A stretch of 64,000 bases of DNA, from positions 11,311 through 75,310 of the forward strand of contig VGBK01000001.1 in the NCBI GenBank assembly GCA_016870535.1, written 5' to 3'. This document shows, in pieces, positions 1 through 10,240 of this stretch (positions are counted from its first letter, which is position 1; each line of letters opens with the position of its first letter). The notes under the pieces are model-generated. The model was not told the DNA's origin, made no database searches, and saw nothing but the letters and a program-made list of their open reading frames with translations. The stretch comes from Actinomycetota bacterium. GTDB lineage: Bacteria; Actinomycetota; Acidimicrobiia; Spongiisociales; UBA11373. The position numbers were made by a program, and so were the translations under genes.

Positions 1-187
1 TGCGGTGGCGGGCGGCGGCCTCTTCGGCGGCCGGCCGCGTGCCGTCGGTGGATCCGTCGTCGGCGACGACGATCTCCACCCCGGGTTCGGCGGAGGTGGC
101 TGCCACCACCCGGTCGATGTTGGCGGCGATCGACCCGGCCAACTGGTAGCAGGGCATCAAGATCGAGGTCCGGGCCGGCGACGGCAC
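1..187 (-). CDS. Glycosyltransferase family 2 protein, N-terminal part (runs off the window edge; not in the ORF track)
   Basis: Manual translation from GTG at 187: (M)PSPARTSILMPCYQLAGSIAANIDRVVAATSAEPGVEIVVADDGSTDGT, the typical GT2 N-terminus (SIxxPxY ... EIVVxDDGSTDGT). TAGGCT -10-like hexamer 6 nt upstream. Confidence 0.85.
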   Translation of the reverse strand, partial: MPSPARTSILMPCYQLAGSIAANIDRVVAATSAEPGVEIVVADDGSTDGTRPAAEEAAARHR

Positions 188-256
188 CCGGGCAGCCTAC
201 CGAACCGGTCGGCGGTCCGAAGCGGCGGCGCCCCCTCCCCGTACAATGGCGGGGCG

Positions 257-1606
257 ATGCAGTTGGATGCGATCTTCAAGGCCTACGACATCCGCGGCCT
301 GGTCCCCGCCCAACTCGATGAGGCCGTCGTGGAGCGCATCGGGGCCGCCTTCGCCGCCTTCAGCGGCGCGAGCCGCATCGCGGTGGGGCGGGATTGCCGG
401 CTGTCTTCGCCGTCGCTGGCCGCGGCCCTCATCGCCGGCATCGCCGGCCGGGGGACCGCGGTAGACGACCTGGGGATGATCACCACCGACATGGTGTACT
501 ACGCGGCCGGCTCGCGCCACCAGCCCGGGGCGATGGTCACCGCCTCCCACAACCCGCCGGGGTGGAACGGAATCAAGCTCTGCCTGGCCGGGGCCGCCCC
601 GGTAGGCGTCGACAGCGGCCTGCAGGAGGTGCGCCGCCTGGCGGAGGACCCGCCCCCGTCGGCTGCGGCCTCGGGGGAGGTACGGCGGGTGGACGTGCTG
701 GGGGGCTACGTGGACCACCTGCTGGGAATCGTCGAGGCGGCTCGCCTCGACGGGCTGCGGGTGGCCGCCGACGGGGGCAACGGCGTGGCCGGGGTGGCGG
801 TGCCCGCCGTGTTCGAGCGGCTGCCGGCCACTCTCATCGGGCTGTACCTGGAGCCCGACGGCCGCTTCCCGCATCACCATCCCGACCCGCTTCGCCCGGA
901 GAACCTGCGTGACCTGGAGGCGCTGATGCGCCGGGAGCAGCCCGACCTGGGGGTGGCGTTCGACGGCGACGCCGATCGTGCCTTCTTCGTGGACGACGCC
1001 CTCCTCCCGCTTCCCGGGAGCACCGTGACTGCCATTGTGGCGGAGTGGTTCCTGCGACGGGAGCCGGGTTCGACCGTGGTCCACAACCTCATCTGCAGCC
1101 GGGCGGTCGACGAGACGATCCGCCGCTCCGGGGGGGTGCCGGTGCGGTCGCGGGTCGGCCACTCCTACATCAAGGGGGTCATGAAGGAGACGGGGGCCAT
1201 CTTCGGCGGGGAGCACTCCGGGCACTACTACTACCGGGACAACTACCGGGCCGACTCGGGCATCCTGACCCTGCTGGTGCTCATGCAGGTCCTCGCCGAG
1301 GACGGCCGGCCCCTGTCGGTGTTGCGGAGGGACTTCGAGCCGTACGCCCAGTCGGGGGAGATCAACCTGCAGGTGAATGATCCGGCCGGGGCTGCCGCCG
1401 CGGTGGGAGCGTCCTTTCCCGACGGGGAGCAGGACCGGCTGGACGGGCTCACCGTCTCGTGGAGCGACCGCTGGTTCAACCTGCGGCCGTCCAACACCGA
1501 GCCCGTCCTGCGGCTCAACGTGGAAGCGCCCGACCCGGCCGGCGTCGCGGATCTGGTGGCCCGGGTGCGGGCCGCAGTGGAGGAGATAGCTCGTGCCGGT
1601 GCCTGA
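257..1606 (+). CDS. manB: Phosphomannomutase/phosphoglucomutase
   Basis: [10 protein letters not shown]-terminus, TASHNP phosphoserine loop, FDGDADR metal loop, GGEHSGH and RPSNTEP. Start placed at ATG 257. Confidence 0.93.
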   Translation: MQLDAIFKAYDIRGLVPAQLDEAVVERIGAAFAAFSGASRIAVGRDCRLSSPSLAAALIAGIAGRGTAVDDLGMITTDMVYYAAGSRHQPGAMVTASHNPPGWNGIKLCLAGAAPVGVDSGLQEVRRLAEDPPPSAAASGEVRRVDVLGGYVDHLLGIVEAARLDGLRVAADGGNGVAGVAVPAVFERLPATLIGLYLEPDGRFPHHHPDPLRPENLRDLEALMRREQPDLGVAFDGDADRAFFVDDALLPLPGSTVTAIVAEWFLRREPGSTVVHNLICSRAVDETIRRSGGVPVRSRVGHSYIKGVMKETGAIFGGEHSGHYYYRDNYRADSGILTLLVLMQVLAEDGRPLSVLRRDFEPYAQSGEINLQVNDPAGAAAAVGASFPDGEQDRLDGLTVSWSDRWFNLRPSNTEPVLRLNVEAPDPAGVADLVARVRAAVEEIARAGA

Positions 1607-1772
1607 GGACCTGCTGGCCATAATGGCCTGCCCGGCCTGCCACGGGGCGCTCGAGGACCGCGAGGAGGCCCTCGTCTGCACCTCCTGCGGCCTGCACTAC
1701 CCGGTGCGCGACGGGATCCCGATCATGCTCGTCGAGGAGGCCTATCGGCCGGAGGAGGACGGTGGGCGATGA
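1599..1772 (+). CDS. Trm112/UPF0434 family small zinc-finger protein (not in the ORF track)
   Basis: Manual translation: [48 protein letters not shown]. CPxC...CxxC...YPVRDGIP is the Trm112p-like signature. Overlaps both neighbours. Confidence 0.9.
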   Translation: MPEDLLAIMACPACHGALEDREEALVCTSCGLHYPVRDGIPIMLVEEAYRPEEDGGR

Positions 1773-2776
1773 CCTCCATGCGCCACCTCATCGGGACTCT
1801 GCCCGAGCAGCTGCGCTGGGCGGCAGGGTTGCAGCCTCCGGAGGTGCCGGCCTCATCTGAGGCCCTGGTAGCGGGGATGGGCGGTTCGGGGATCGCGGGG
1901 GGCATCGCCGGCGTGGTGGCCGCCGCGGCCGGGCGCCGCGTTGGGGTGCATCGCTCCTACGGCCTTCCCGGATGGGCGGGGAGCGCCGGGCCGCTGGTGG
2001 TGGTCGTCTCCCACAGCGGCGACACCGAGGAGTCCCTGTCGGCCATCGAGGCGGCGGGGCAGCTGGGCCTGAGCCGGGCGGCGGTGACCACCGGGGGCCA
2101 CCTGGCGGCCGTCGCCGCCGCAGAGGGCATCCCCCTGGTGGTCACCCCCGGCGTTCCTCAGCCGCGGGCCGCGGTGGGCTACCTGACCGGGGCGGTGTTG
2201 CGCCTGCTCGAGGCCGCCGGGGTGGTGCCGCCGCAATCCGCCGGCCTGAACGAGGCGGCCGAGGTGGTGGAGCGGCTGCTGGACGGGGGGCACGGGGCGG
2301 CGGTGGCGCTGGCCGACGACCTGGCGTCGGCCCTGTACCACCGGCTGGTGGTGGTCTACGGGGCCGAAGGGGTGCCGGCGGTGGCCGCCTACCGCTGGAA
2401 GACCCAGATCAACGAGAACGGGAAGGCCATCGCCTACTCGTCGTCTTTCCCCGAACTCGACCACAACGAGATCGAGGCCTGGGCGGCCTACCCCGACCTG
2501 GCGCGCGACCGGGTAGGGGTGGTGTGGCTGCACGACCCGGCCGACGACCCGCGCCTCAAGCGGCGGGCCGAGGTGAGCCGCCGGCTGGTGGAGGGACGGG
2601 TAGGTCTGGCCGGGGAGGTCCACGCTCAGGGCGCGGGGCCGCTCGCCCGCCTGTTCAGCCTCACGGTGGTGGGCGACCTGGTGGCCGTCTCCCTGGCGGA
2701 GCGGGCCGGAGTGGACCCGGTGGCGGTGGACCTCATCGCCACTCTGAAGGAGCGCCTCGCCGAGGAGGCACTATGA
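1769..2776 (+). CDS. Bifunctional phosphoglucose/phosphomannose isomerase (SIS domain)
   Basis: [31 protein letters not shown] and PELDHNEI motifs. Confidence 0.9.
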   Translation: MTSMRHLIGTLPEQLRWAAGLQPPEVPASSEALVAGMGGSGIAGGIAGVVAAAAGRRVGVHRSYGLPGWAGSAGPLVVVVSHSGDTEESLSAIEAAGQLGLSRAAVTTGGHLAAVAAAEGIPLVVTPGVPQPRAAVGYLTGAVLRLLEAAGVVPPQSAGLNEAAEVVERLLDGGHGAAVALADDLASALYHRLVVVYGAEGVPAVAAYRWKTQINENGKAIAYSSSFPELDHNEIEAWAAYPDLARDRVGVVWLHDPADDPRLKRRAEVSRRLVEGRVGLAGEVHAQGAGPLARLFSLTVVGDLVAVSLAERAGVDPVAVDLIATLKERLAEEAL

Positions 2777-4020
2777 GGTTCGACATCGCCGATGCTTCGC
2801 TGGCCGAGGATGGGGCCCTCCGCATCGAGTGGGCGGCGCGCCGCATGCCCGTCCTGGAGGCGATCCGGCGCCGCTTCTCCGCCGACCGGCCCCTCGAGGG
2901 GATTCGGGTGGGGGCGTGCCTCCACGTCACCGCCGAGACGGCCAACCTGATGCGCGCCCTGCGCGCCGGGGGCGCCGAGGTGACGCTGTGCGCCAGCAAC
3001 CCGCTTTCCACCCAGGACGACGTGGCCGCCGCCCTGGTCGAAGAGGGGATACCGGTGCACGCGGTGCGCGGCGAGAACGCCGAGCGCTACTACCGGCACA
3101 TTCGGGCCGTCCTCGACCTGGAGCCCCAGGTGACCATGGACGACGGCGCCGACCTGGTGACCACCCTGCTCAAGGAGCGGACGGGGGGCGACCCCCTGGG
3201 CTCCACCGAGGAGACCACCACCGGGGTCCTGCGCCTGCGGGCCATGGCAGATGCCGGGGTGCTGCGCTTCCCCGTGGTGGCGGTGAACGACTCGGCCACC
3301 AAGCACCTCTTCGACAACCGCCACGGCACCGGGCAGTCGGCCCTCGACGGCATCATGCGGGCGGCCAACCTGCTCTACGCCGGGCGCACGGTGGTGGTGA
3401 TCGGCTTTGGGGACTGCGGGGTGGGCGTGGCCGCCCGGGCTCGCGGCCTGGGTGCGGCGGTGGTGGTGGTCGAGGTCGACCCGGTGCGGGCGCTGGCCGC
3501 CGCCATGGAGGGCTATCGCGTGCTTCCGGGGATCGAGGCGGCTCGCCTGGGCGACGTCTTCGTCACGGTGACCGGCAACATCCACGTGCTGCGCGCCGAG
3601 CACTTTGCCGTCATGAAGGACGGCGCCTTGCTGGCCAACGCCGGGCACTTCGACGTGGAGATCGACCTGGCGGCGCTCGAGGCAGCCGCCCGGGGCCGGC
3701 GCCGGATCCGGCCCAACCTGGAGGAGTGGCAGTTGGGCGACGGGCGGCGGCTCTACCTCGCCGCCCAGGGGCGCCTGGTGAACCTGGCGGCCGCCGAGGG
3801 GCACCCGGCCGACGTCATGGACATGTCCTTCGCCGACCAGGCCCTGGCCGCCGAGTGGCTCGTCGCCAACGCCGGCAAGCTGGAGCCGCGGGTGTACCGG
3901 CTTCCGGACTACCTCGATGCCGAGGTGGCCCGCCTCAAGCTGGAGAGCCTCGGCGGCGGCCTGGACACCCTGACCCCCGAGCAGGAGCGCTACCTGCGCA
4001 GCTGGGAGCTGGGGACCTGA
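2773..4020 (+). CDS. ahcY: Adenosylhomocysteinase
   Basis: [42 protein letters not shown] and [16 protein letters not shown] 2773 follows GAGGAGG. Confidence 0.96.
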   Translation: MRFDIADASLAEDGALRIEWAARRMPVLEAIRRRFSADRPLEGIRVGACLHVTAETANLMRALRAGGAEVTLCASNPLSTQDDVAAALVEEGIPVHAVRGENAERYYRHIRAVLDLEPQVTMDDGADLVTTLLKERTGGDPLGSTEETTTGVLRLRAMADAGVLRFPVVAVNDSATKHLFDNRHGTGQSALDGIMRAANLLYAGRTVVVIGFGDCGVGVAARARGLGAAVVVVEVDPVRALAAAMEGYRVLPGIEAARLGDVFVTVTGNIHVLRAEHFAVMKDGALLANAGHFDVEIDLAALEAAARGRRRIRPNLEEWQLGDGRRLYLAAQGRLVNLAAAEGHPADVMDMSFADQALAAEWLVANAGKLEPRVYRLPDYLDAEVARLKLESLGGGLDTLTPEQERYLRSWELGT

Positions 4021-4030
4021 AGTCGCGGGG

Positions 4031-5224
4031 TCAGGAGGGGCGCGGACTCGCCCGGCGGCGGCCCAACCTCGCGAAGCGGGCGCCGGCGGGCACCCGATCG
4101 ATCAGCCGGGCGGCGACCGGGGCCAGCGTGGCCATGATCAGCACGTAGGCCGCCGCCAGAGCGCCCAGCCGTCCCGGGGCACCGGCGGCCACCGCCAGGC
4201 CGGCGATGACGATCGAGAACTCGCCCCTGGCCAGGAGGGCCACCCCGGCCCGCCAGCGAGCGCGCGCCCCGAGGCCCGCTCGCCCTGCCGCCCAGTGGCC
4301 CGTGGCGAGCTTCCCGCCTGCAGTGACCGCGGCGAGGGCGAAGGCGGGAAGCAGGATTCGTGGGATCTCCCCCGGGTCTGTGGACAGGCCGAAGAACACG
4401 AAGAAGACGGCGGCGAAGAGATCCCGCAGCGGAGTCAGCAGACGGCGGGCGCGGCCGACGGCGGCGCCGGAGAGCCCAATGCCGATGAGGAAGGCGACGA
4501 CTGCGGCGGAGACCCGGAGGCTCTCGGCCGCGCTTCCCACCAGCAGGGTGATGCCCACCACGGCGAGCACGCCGACCTCATCCGACGCGGAGAACAGAAA
4601 GGCGCCGATGCGCTCGCCGTAGCGCGAGCCGAGAGCGAGGAGAGCGGCGAGCAGAGCCAGGGCTGCGGCCACCGAAGCGAAGGTACCCAGGGCAGGGCCT
4701 CCCACGGCGACAGTGAGCAGCACCGGCAGAGCCACCGCCATGGCCAGATCCTCGGTCACCGAGATGGAGAGGACCACCGGGGTCTCCCGGTTGGCCACCC
4801 AGCCGAGGTCGGCCATGATCTTCGCCATGACGCCGGTCGAGGTTATGTAGGTCACCCCTCCCAGGAATACTGAGGGCAGGATGCCCATCCCGAGCAGGAG
4901 GCCGGCGGCGACTCCGGGCGTGTAGTTCAACACGAGGTTGACCAGGCCGGCCGCCGCCGAGGTGCGCAGCCCGCTCACCAGCTCCTGCGCTGTGTACTCC
5001 AGACCGAGCATCAGCAGCAGGAGGATCACCCCGAGGCTGGCGCCGATCTCGACGAACTCCTGCGAGGTAACCAGCGGGAGCAGCCCTCCGTCGCCGAAGG
5101 CCAGGCCCCCGAGCAGGTAGAAGGGTATGGGCGACAGTCCGAGCTTCAGGGCGACCCGACCCAGTACCGCCAGCAGCAGGATCAGCCCGCCGAGTTCCAG
5201 CAGCAGTCGAGCAGTGTGACTCAC
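4031..5224 (-). CDS. Cation:proton antiporter (CPA2, KhtU-like)
   Basis: Many TM segments, GVILLLLMLGLE, EDLA, PLRDLFAAVFF and RGEFS motifs. Lies downstream of two KhtT-like genes. Confidence 0.88.
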   Translation of the reverse strand: MSHTARLLLELGGLILLLAVLGRVALKLGLSPIPFYLLGGLAFGDGGLLPLVTSQEFVEIGASLGVILLLLMLGLEYTAQELVSGLRTSAAAGLVNLVLNYTPGVAAGLLLGMGILPSVFLGGVTYITSTGVMAKIMADLGWVANRETPVVLSISVTEDLAMAVALPVLLTVAVGGPALGTFASVAAALALLAALLALGSRYGERIGAFLFSASDEVGVLAVVGITLLVGSAAESLRVSAAVVAFLIGIGLSGAAVGRARRLLTPLRDLFAAVFFVFFGLSTDPGEIPRILLPAFALAAVTAGGKLATGHWAAGRAGLGARARWRAGVALLARGEFSIVIAGLAVAAGAPGRLGALAAAYVLIMATLAPVAARLIDRVPAGARFARLGRRRASPRPS

Positions 5225-5225
5225 C

Positions 5226-5714
5226 TCACCCCGCACGCAGCATGCCGTCGACCGCCTCGATGCCCTCGGCCGTGCCCACCACGACCAGGGTATCCCCGGC
5301 CTCCATCCGGAAGTCGGGACCGGGAGCGGGGTGGGCCTGCATCTCGCGCACCACCGCGACGACGGAAACCCCGGTTCGGGTGCGGATGTGGCCGTCGCCG
5401 ATAGTCCTGCCCGTGTAGGGAGAGTCCGCATCCAGGGTGAGCCAGTCGATGGCCAGGCCCTCTATCTCCTGGCGGAGGGCGGTCAGGTTCTCGACGATCT
5501 GAGAGCCTCCGAGGACATCGATCAGGGCACGGGTCTCGTCCTCGGTGAGGTCGAGAGTGACCCGCGCCGAGTCGGGATCTTCGGCGGCGCACAGGAACAA
5601 CTCGCGCCGTCCCGAGCGATGGTGCACCACTCCCACGCGGAGGCCCTCTTCGGTAGTGAAGTCGTAGCGCATGCCCACTCCGGGGAGCGGGGTCTGCTGG
5701 ATGGCCGTGGTCAC
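5226..5714 (-). CDS. Cation:proton antiporter regulatory subunit (KhtT-like, RCK_C/TrkA-C domain), copy 2
   Basis: TPLPGVGMRYDF N-terminus and RTRTGVSVVAVVR...GDTLVVVG RCK_C domain. Confidence 0.88.
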   Translation of the reverse strand: MTTAIQQTPLPGVGMRYDFTTEEGLRVGVVHHRSGRRELFLCAAEDPDSARVTLDLTEDETRALIDVLGGSQIVENLTALRQEIEGLAIDWLTLDADSPYTGRTIGDGHIRTRTGVSVVAVVREMQAHPAPGPDFRMEAGDTLVVVGTAEGIEAVDGMLRAG

Positions 5715-5773
5715 GGAGTCGTCCTTCCAGGCTGAGGCGCCCATGATGCCACCCACCGGCCGGCGGCGGGCCG

Positions 5774-6259
5774 TCACCCGGCGCGCAGGATGCCGGCGGC
5801 GGCGGCCAAGCCCTCCGGGGTGCCTACGACCACCAGGGTGTCCCCCGCCGCGATGCCGAATTCCGGACCCGGTGCGGGGTAGGTCCGGTCGTCGCGGAGC
5901 ACGGCGACCACCGACACCCCGGAGCGGGCGCGGATTCCCGCGGAAGCGAGGGTGGCGCCGGCGACGGGTGAACCGGGCACCACCTGCAGCCAGTCGAGGG
6001 AGAGGCCTTCGACGAACTCCTCGAGGCGAGCCAGCTTCTCGGTCACCCTGGAACCCCCGAGGACCTCCACCAGGGTGGGCACCTCGTCCTCCCCCAGGGT
6101 GAAGACGGGCGTCGCCTCGGCGGGGTCTCCGGCGAGACCGAGGTAGAACTCCTTGCGGCCGTCCTGGTGGTGAACCACCCCCAGACGGCGCCCCTCGCCG
6201 ATGGCGAAGTCGTAGCGCACCCCGACCCCGGGGAGAGGAGTCTGCTCCACCTGGGCCAT
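5774..6259 (-). CDS. Cation:proton antiporter regulatory subunit (KhtT-like, RCK_C/TrkA-C domain), copy 1
   Basis: TPLPGVGVRYDF...RARSGVSVVAVLR...GDTLVVVG. Clear paralogue of 5226-5714. Confidence 0.88.
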   Translation of the reverse strand: MAQVEQTPLPGVGVRYDFAIGEGRRLGVVHHQDGRKEFYLGLAGDPAEATPVFTLGEDEVPTLVEVLGGSRVTEKLARLEEFVEGLSLDWLQVVPGSPVAGATLASAGIRARSGVSVVAVLRDDRTYPAPGPEFGIAAGDTLVVVGTPEGLAAAAGILRAG

Positions 6260-6347
6260 GTGGGAACCTCCTGCCGCCGACCCCACCATCTTGGCACTCC
6301 GGCGGGCGTCTGCTGCCGGGCGCGGCCGGGCCGGACCGGGCCGCGGC

Positions 6348-8129
6348 TCAGCCTACCGGCGTCCGCAGGTCCACTACCAGGTCGCGCTCGCGCTGGGCCT
6401 GCTCGATCACCTCGACGATCTCGCGTCCCACGAGTTCGTCCCGGGCGAGCAAGGCGTCGCGCAGGGCCTCGACGAGGTGGCGGTGAGTGGTCAAGAGGGC
6501 GGCCACCTGCTCCTTCTGCTTCCGTAGCAGGTCGTCGACGGCCCGTCGGGCCTGGTCGTCGGCGAGCACCTTGGCCACCAGATTGCCGCCCAGGGGCCCG
6601 TCATCCAGGGCGCGGAAGGAGATCAGTGACCCCCCCAGGCCCATGGATCCGACGATCTCCACCGCGACGGCGGTGGCGGCAGCCAGGTCGCCGGCCGGGC
6701 CGGTGCCCGACTCCCCGAACATCATCTCCTCGGCCGCCATGCCGCCCAGGGCGATCTGAATCAGCGCCAGTGCCTCGCTGTGCCGCTTGGTGTAGCGCTC
6801 CTCCACCTCGCTGTGGGCCAGCAGGCCGAGGGCGTCCTTGCGCTTGACGATGGAGAGCAGGTCGAGCTTGCGGCCCTTGCCCACGAGGTAGGCCATGGCG
6901 GCGTGCCCCGACTCGTGGACGGCGATGGTGGCCCGCTCCTCCGGGGTGTACTCGGTGGGCTCGGCGAGGCCGATCTCCATGTCGAGGCGGGCCCGCCGCA
7001 GGTCGTCCCGGCTGAGCCGGTCGCGTCCTCCGCGCAGGGCGAAGAGAAGGGCCTCGTCGAACAGGCGCTCCAGGCTGGCCGGGGAGTAGCCCATGGTGGT
7101 GGCGGCCAGGTCGTCCCGGGCCTGGTCGTCGAGCGTCTCGTCGTGAGCCTTGCGGGTGAGGAAGTAGTCGATGAGATCCCGGCGCTGCGCTCGGGCGGGC
7201 AGGCCGAAGTGCAACACGCGGTCGAAGCGGCCGGGGCGGAGGAGAGCGGGGTCGAGGTTGTCGGCCCGGTTGGTGGCGCCGATCAACAGGATGTTGGCGA
7301 AGGGCGCTCGCCGGGCCTTGAACTGGCGGTGGGGAGGCAGGAACTTGTTGGCGAAGCGGCGCAGGGCGTTGGCCCGCTTCATGGAGCGCGGCGGCTCGTC
7401 GAAGGACTGCATCTGCACCAGCAGTTCGTTGACCACCCCGCCGGTCCCTTCGGAGACCATCGATCGCTCGGTCCTCGCCCCGTCGGCGACCATGTGGTTC
7501 ATGCCGCCGCGCCGGCCGCCGATGGCATCGAACTCCTCGATGAACCCGATGGCGCCGCCTTCTTCGCGGGCCACCTTGCGCAGGCGGCGGAAGTAGGAAC
7601 GGATCTTGCGGGCGGTGGCCCCGTACCACATGCTTTGGAAGGCCGTAGAGGAGACGAAGAGGAAGGGGACGCCGGCCTCCTTAGCCATGGCCTTGGCAGT
7701 GTGGGTCTTGCCGGTGCCGGGCGGCCCTTCGAAGAGGAGGCCGCGGCGCGGCTGGCCTCCCATGTGGTCCCGGAAGTGCTGGTGGTTGAGGAACACCTCG
7801 AGGGAGTGGCGAACCTCGGTGAGCACCGGGCCCAGGCCGATCACGTCGTCGAAGGTCACCTCAATCTGCTCGGGCAGGAAGATCACCTCGGGGGAGCGGC
7901 CGTTGCTGAGCATGGGGACCACCAGGACGACCCCCAGCAGGAGGACGATGGCGATGCCGGGGATCCAGTAGACCGCTTCTGGAGGCAGATCGGGCCAGCC
8001 GGGGGAGACGGGGTTGCCCGCGATGAGCCGTACCCACAGCCACACGACCAGGGGTGACAGGACGATGGCGATGCGGCGCAGGCGCCGCCGCCTCTGCCGT
8101 TCCCGGGTCACTTGCACGTCCAGCGGCAT
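6348..8129 (-). CDS. Membrane-anchored AAA+ ATPase / M41-type metalloprotease (FtsH-like paralogue)
   Basis: Two N-terminal TM helices, Walker A GPPGTGKT, SRH ATNRADNLDPALLRPGRFDR, HESGH zinc motif and GPAGDL. Confidence 0.85.
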   Translation of the reverse strand: MPLDVQVTRERQRRRRLRRIAIVLSPLVVWLWVRLIAGNPVSPGWPDLPPEAVYWIPGIAIVLLLGVVLVVPMLSNGRSPEVIFLPEQIEVTFDDVIGLGPVLTEVRHSLEVFLNHQHFRDHMGGQPRRGLLFEGPPGTGKTHTAKAMAKEAGVPFLFVSSTAFQSMWYGATARKIRSYFRRLRKVAREEGGAIGFIEEFDAIGGRRGGMNHMVADGARTERSMVSEGTGGVVNELLVQMQSFDEPPRSMKRANALRRFANKFLPPHRQFKARRAPFANILLIGATNRADNLDPALLRPGRFDRVLHFGLPARAQRRDLIDYFLTRKAHDETLDDQARDDLAATTMGYSPASLERLFDEALLFALRGGRDRLSRDDLRRARLDMEIGLAEPTEYTPEERATIAVHESGHAAMAYLVGKGRKLDLLSIVKRKDALGLLAHSEVEERYTKRHSEALALIQIALGGMAAEEMMFGESGTGPAGDLAAATAVAVEIVGSMGLGGSLISFRALDDGPLGGNLVAKVLADDQARRAVDDLLRKQKEQVAALLTTHRHLVEALRDALLARDELVGREIVEVIEQAQRERDLVVDLRTPVG

Positions 8130-8243
8130 GTGGTGCCCTCCGCGACTCCGTTCCCACAAGGTGTCTTCGACACTGTAACCACGGAGAGTGGTAGACGGCG
8201 GCCATATCGGCAGCGCTGGGTGTTCATTCTGCCGACAGCGGGG

Positions 8244-8379
8244 GACTAGTGCTCTGACCACGGACGTTCGCGCGGGTGAGCGGCGCCCCTCCTGCTCCGT
8301 CCCCCGCGTCATTGCAACCGATCACGGCAGGGCACCGGAGCGGACTCCCTCCACGAGGTTGGTGGTCACAGCACTAGTC
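8244..8379. mobile_element. Putative MITE (~130 bp) with IS630-like termini
   Basis: GACTAGTGCTCTGACCAC (8244-8261) and GTGGTCACAGCACTAGTC (8362-8379) form an 18-bp inverted repeat with 1 mismatch. TA dinucleotides at 8247-8248 and 8375-8376. Non-coding interior. Confidence 0.65.
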
Positions 8380-9372
8380 AGCGGCGGTGACTTCGTTGCC
8401 GCTGCGGTGCCCGGCGGCGAAGGCGGAGATGTTGCCCAGCGTGGTGGCCGCGATCTGCTGCATGGCCTCGACGGTGAAGAAGGCTTGATGGCCGGTCACG
8501 ATCACGTTGGGGAAGGTCAGCAGGCGGCTGAACACGTCGTCCTGGATGATCTGGTCGGAGAGGTCGGCGAAGAACAGCGACTCCTCTTCCTCGTAGACAT
8601 CCAGCCCCAGGCTGCCCACTCTGCCGGTCTTGAGGCCCTCGACGACGGCCGCCGTGTCGATCAAGCCGCCGCGGCTCGTGTTGACCAGCATGGCCCCATC
8701 GCGCATCCTCTCCAGCGCGGCCCCGTCTATGAGGTGGCGGGTGGCGGGGGTCAGCGGGCAGTGGAGGCTCACGACCTCGCTGCGCTCGAGCAACGTCGGC
8801 AGGTCCGAGTAGGCAACACCAAGGGCCTGCAGGCCCGCATCGGGGGTGATGTCGTGGGCCAGCAAGCGGCAGCCGAAGCCGTGGAGGATGCGGGACACCG
8901 CCCGGCCGATGGCGCCGGTGCCGACGATGCCGACGCTGCGCCCATGCAGTTCCCGGCCGAGGAGGCCCTCGAGCGAGAAGTTGCCTTCACGAACTCGGGC
9001 GTGCGCCCGGTGGATCTTCCGCTCCAGGGCGAGCATCAGGCCGACGGTGTGCTCGGCGATGGCGTGAGGGGAGTAGGCGGGGACGCGGGCCACGGTCAAG
9101 CCGCGCCGGGCAGCGGCCTCGAGATCGACGTTGTTGATCCCCGAGGCTCGCAGGGCGATGAGGCGCACGCCTTCGTCGGCCAAGCAGTCGATGGCCTCGG
9201 CGTCGAGGGAATCGCTGACGAAGGCGCACACGACCTCAGCGCCGTGCGCCAGGGGGGCGGTGCGGCAGTGGAGGCGCTCTTCGAAGAAGACGAGTTCGTG
9301 ACCGTGCTCGGCATTGGCCGCTTCGAGGAAGCGGCGATCGTAGGGCCGGGTGCTGAACACGGCAACGCGCAC
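8374..9372 (-). CDS. ldhA: D-lactate dehydrogenase / D-2-hydroxyacid dehydrogenase
   Basis: RVPAYSPHAIAEH, GTGAIG Rossmann motif, NTSRG, DVYEEE and PNVIVTGHQAF. Confidence 0.9.
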   Translation of the reverse strand: MRVAVFSTRPYDRRFLEAANAEHGHELVFFEERLHCRTAPLAHGAEVVCAFVSDSLDAEAIDCLADEGVRLIALRASGINNVDLEAAARRGLTVARVPAYSPHAIAEHTVGLMLALERKIHRAHARVREGNFSLEGLLGRELHGRSVGIVGTGAIGRAVSRILHGFGCRLLAHDITPDAGLQALGVAYSDLPTLLERSEVVSLHCPLTPATRHLIDGAALERMRDGAMLVNTSRGGLIDTAAVVEGLKTGRVGSLGLDVYEEEESLFFADLSDQIIQDDVFSRLLTFPNVIVTGHQAFFTVEAMQQIAATTLGNISAFAAGHRSGNEVTAAD

Positions 9373-9483
9373 TTCGACGAGGGTACCGGGGCGGTGGCCG
9401 CACCCAAGCGCCCGGCTCGGCGGAGTCCGGCGCGCCTCCCGCGAGCCGTCCTTGAGGTCGGCACCCCCGACGGGGTCCGGAAA

Positions 9484-9505
9484 TGTCGCTCCGGAGGCAT
9501 AGGTT
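9484..9505 (+). promoter_or_regulatory. Candidate PafBC/RecA-NDp-type promoter (TGTCGC-N10-TAGGTT) of comF
   Basis: One mismatch to TGTCGG-N10-TAnnnT with exact spacing. ATG of comF lies 6 nt downstream. Confidence 0.4.
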
Positions 9506-9511
9506 TGCCGC

Positions 9512-10240
9512 ATGCCCTGTCTGGCCTGCGCCACGGCTCCCGTCGCCGGCGATGGGCTCTGCGTCGGCTGTCGGGCGGGCTTCACTCCCGGCACCGAACG
9601 GCGCCTCGACGGCGGCGTTCTGGTGCGCAGCGCCTACACCCACGCCGGGGCCGCCCGCCTCCTGGTGCATCGGCTCAAGTACGGGGCCCATCCCGCCGCC
9701 GCCGCCTTGCTGGCGAGTGCCATGGCCGCAGGGGTGCCGGCGGGAGCCGCCGCCCTGGTACCGGTTCCCAGGGCGCGCCTGCGGCGCTGGAAGTACGGTG
9801 TCGATCCCGCCCTGGAGTTGGCTCGTGCCCTGGGGAGGGCCCTCGATCTCCCGGTGGTGGTCGCCCTGGCCCCCGAGTGGTGGCACCGTCGGCGGGCCGG
9901 GCCCGGCGGGGCGAGGCGCGGCTTGCCCCGCTTCAGGGCCGTTCGTGGGGTGCCACCCGGTGCCGTCCTGGTCGACGATGTGGTAACCACGGGAGCCACG
10001 CTGCGCGCCGCCGGAGCGGTTCTGGGCGGGCCGCGGCGGGCGGTCACGGCCACCGCCTCCACGGGCGTCGCCGCCCCGGCGCCCTGGCCCACCCGGGGGT
10101 ATAGTGAGAGGCAAGCCCCCTCCGGGGATGCCGACGACGGGAGAGTGCGTGCCGCCCGGAGCGCACCACTACCGGATCCCCCTTGCATTCCAGTCCGCTC
10201 GCCGTCCTCGGGTCGCGCCCGAAGGACGCAAAGGAGGTAG
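9512..10240 (+). CDS. comF: ComF family phosphoribosyltransferase-like protein
   Basis: CxxC...CxxC zinc ribbon, RLKYG, LVPVP and PRPP loop VLVDDVVTTGATL. Conserved position before hpf. The last ~55 codons look non-conserved. Confidence 0.8.
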   Translation: MPCLACATAPVAGDGLCVGCRAGFTPGTERRLDGGVLVRSAYTHAGAARLLVHRLKYGAHPAAAALLASAMAAGVPAGAAALVPVPRARLRRWKYGVDPALELARALGRALDLPVVVALAPEWWHRRRAGPGGARRGLPRFRAVRGVPPGAVLVDDVVTTGATLRAAGAVLGGPRRAVTATASTGVAAPAPWPTRGYSERQAPSGDADDGRVRAARSAPLPDPPCIPVRSPSSGRARRTQRR

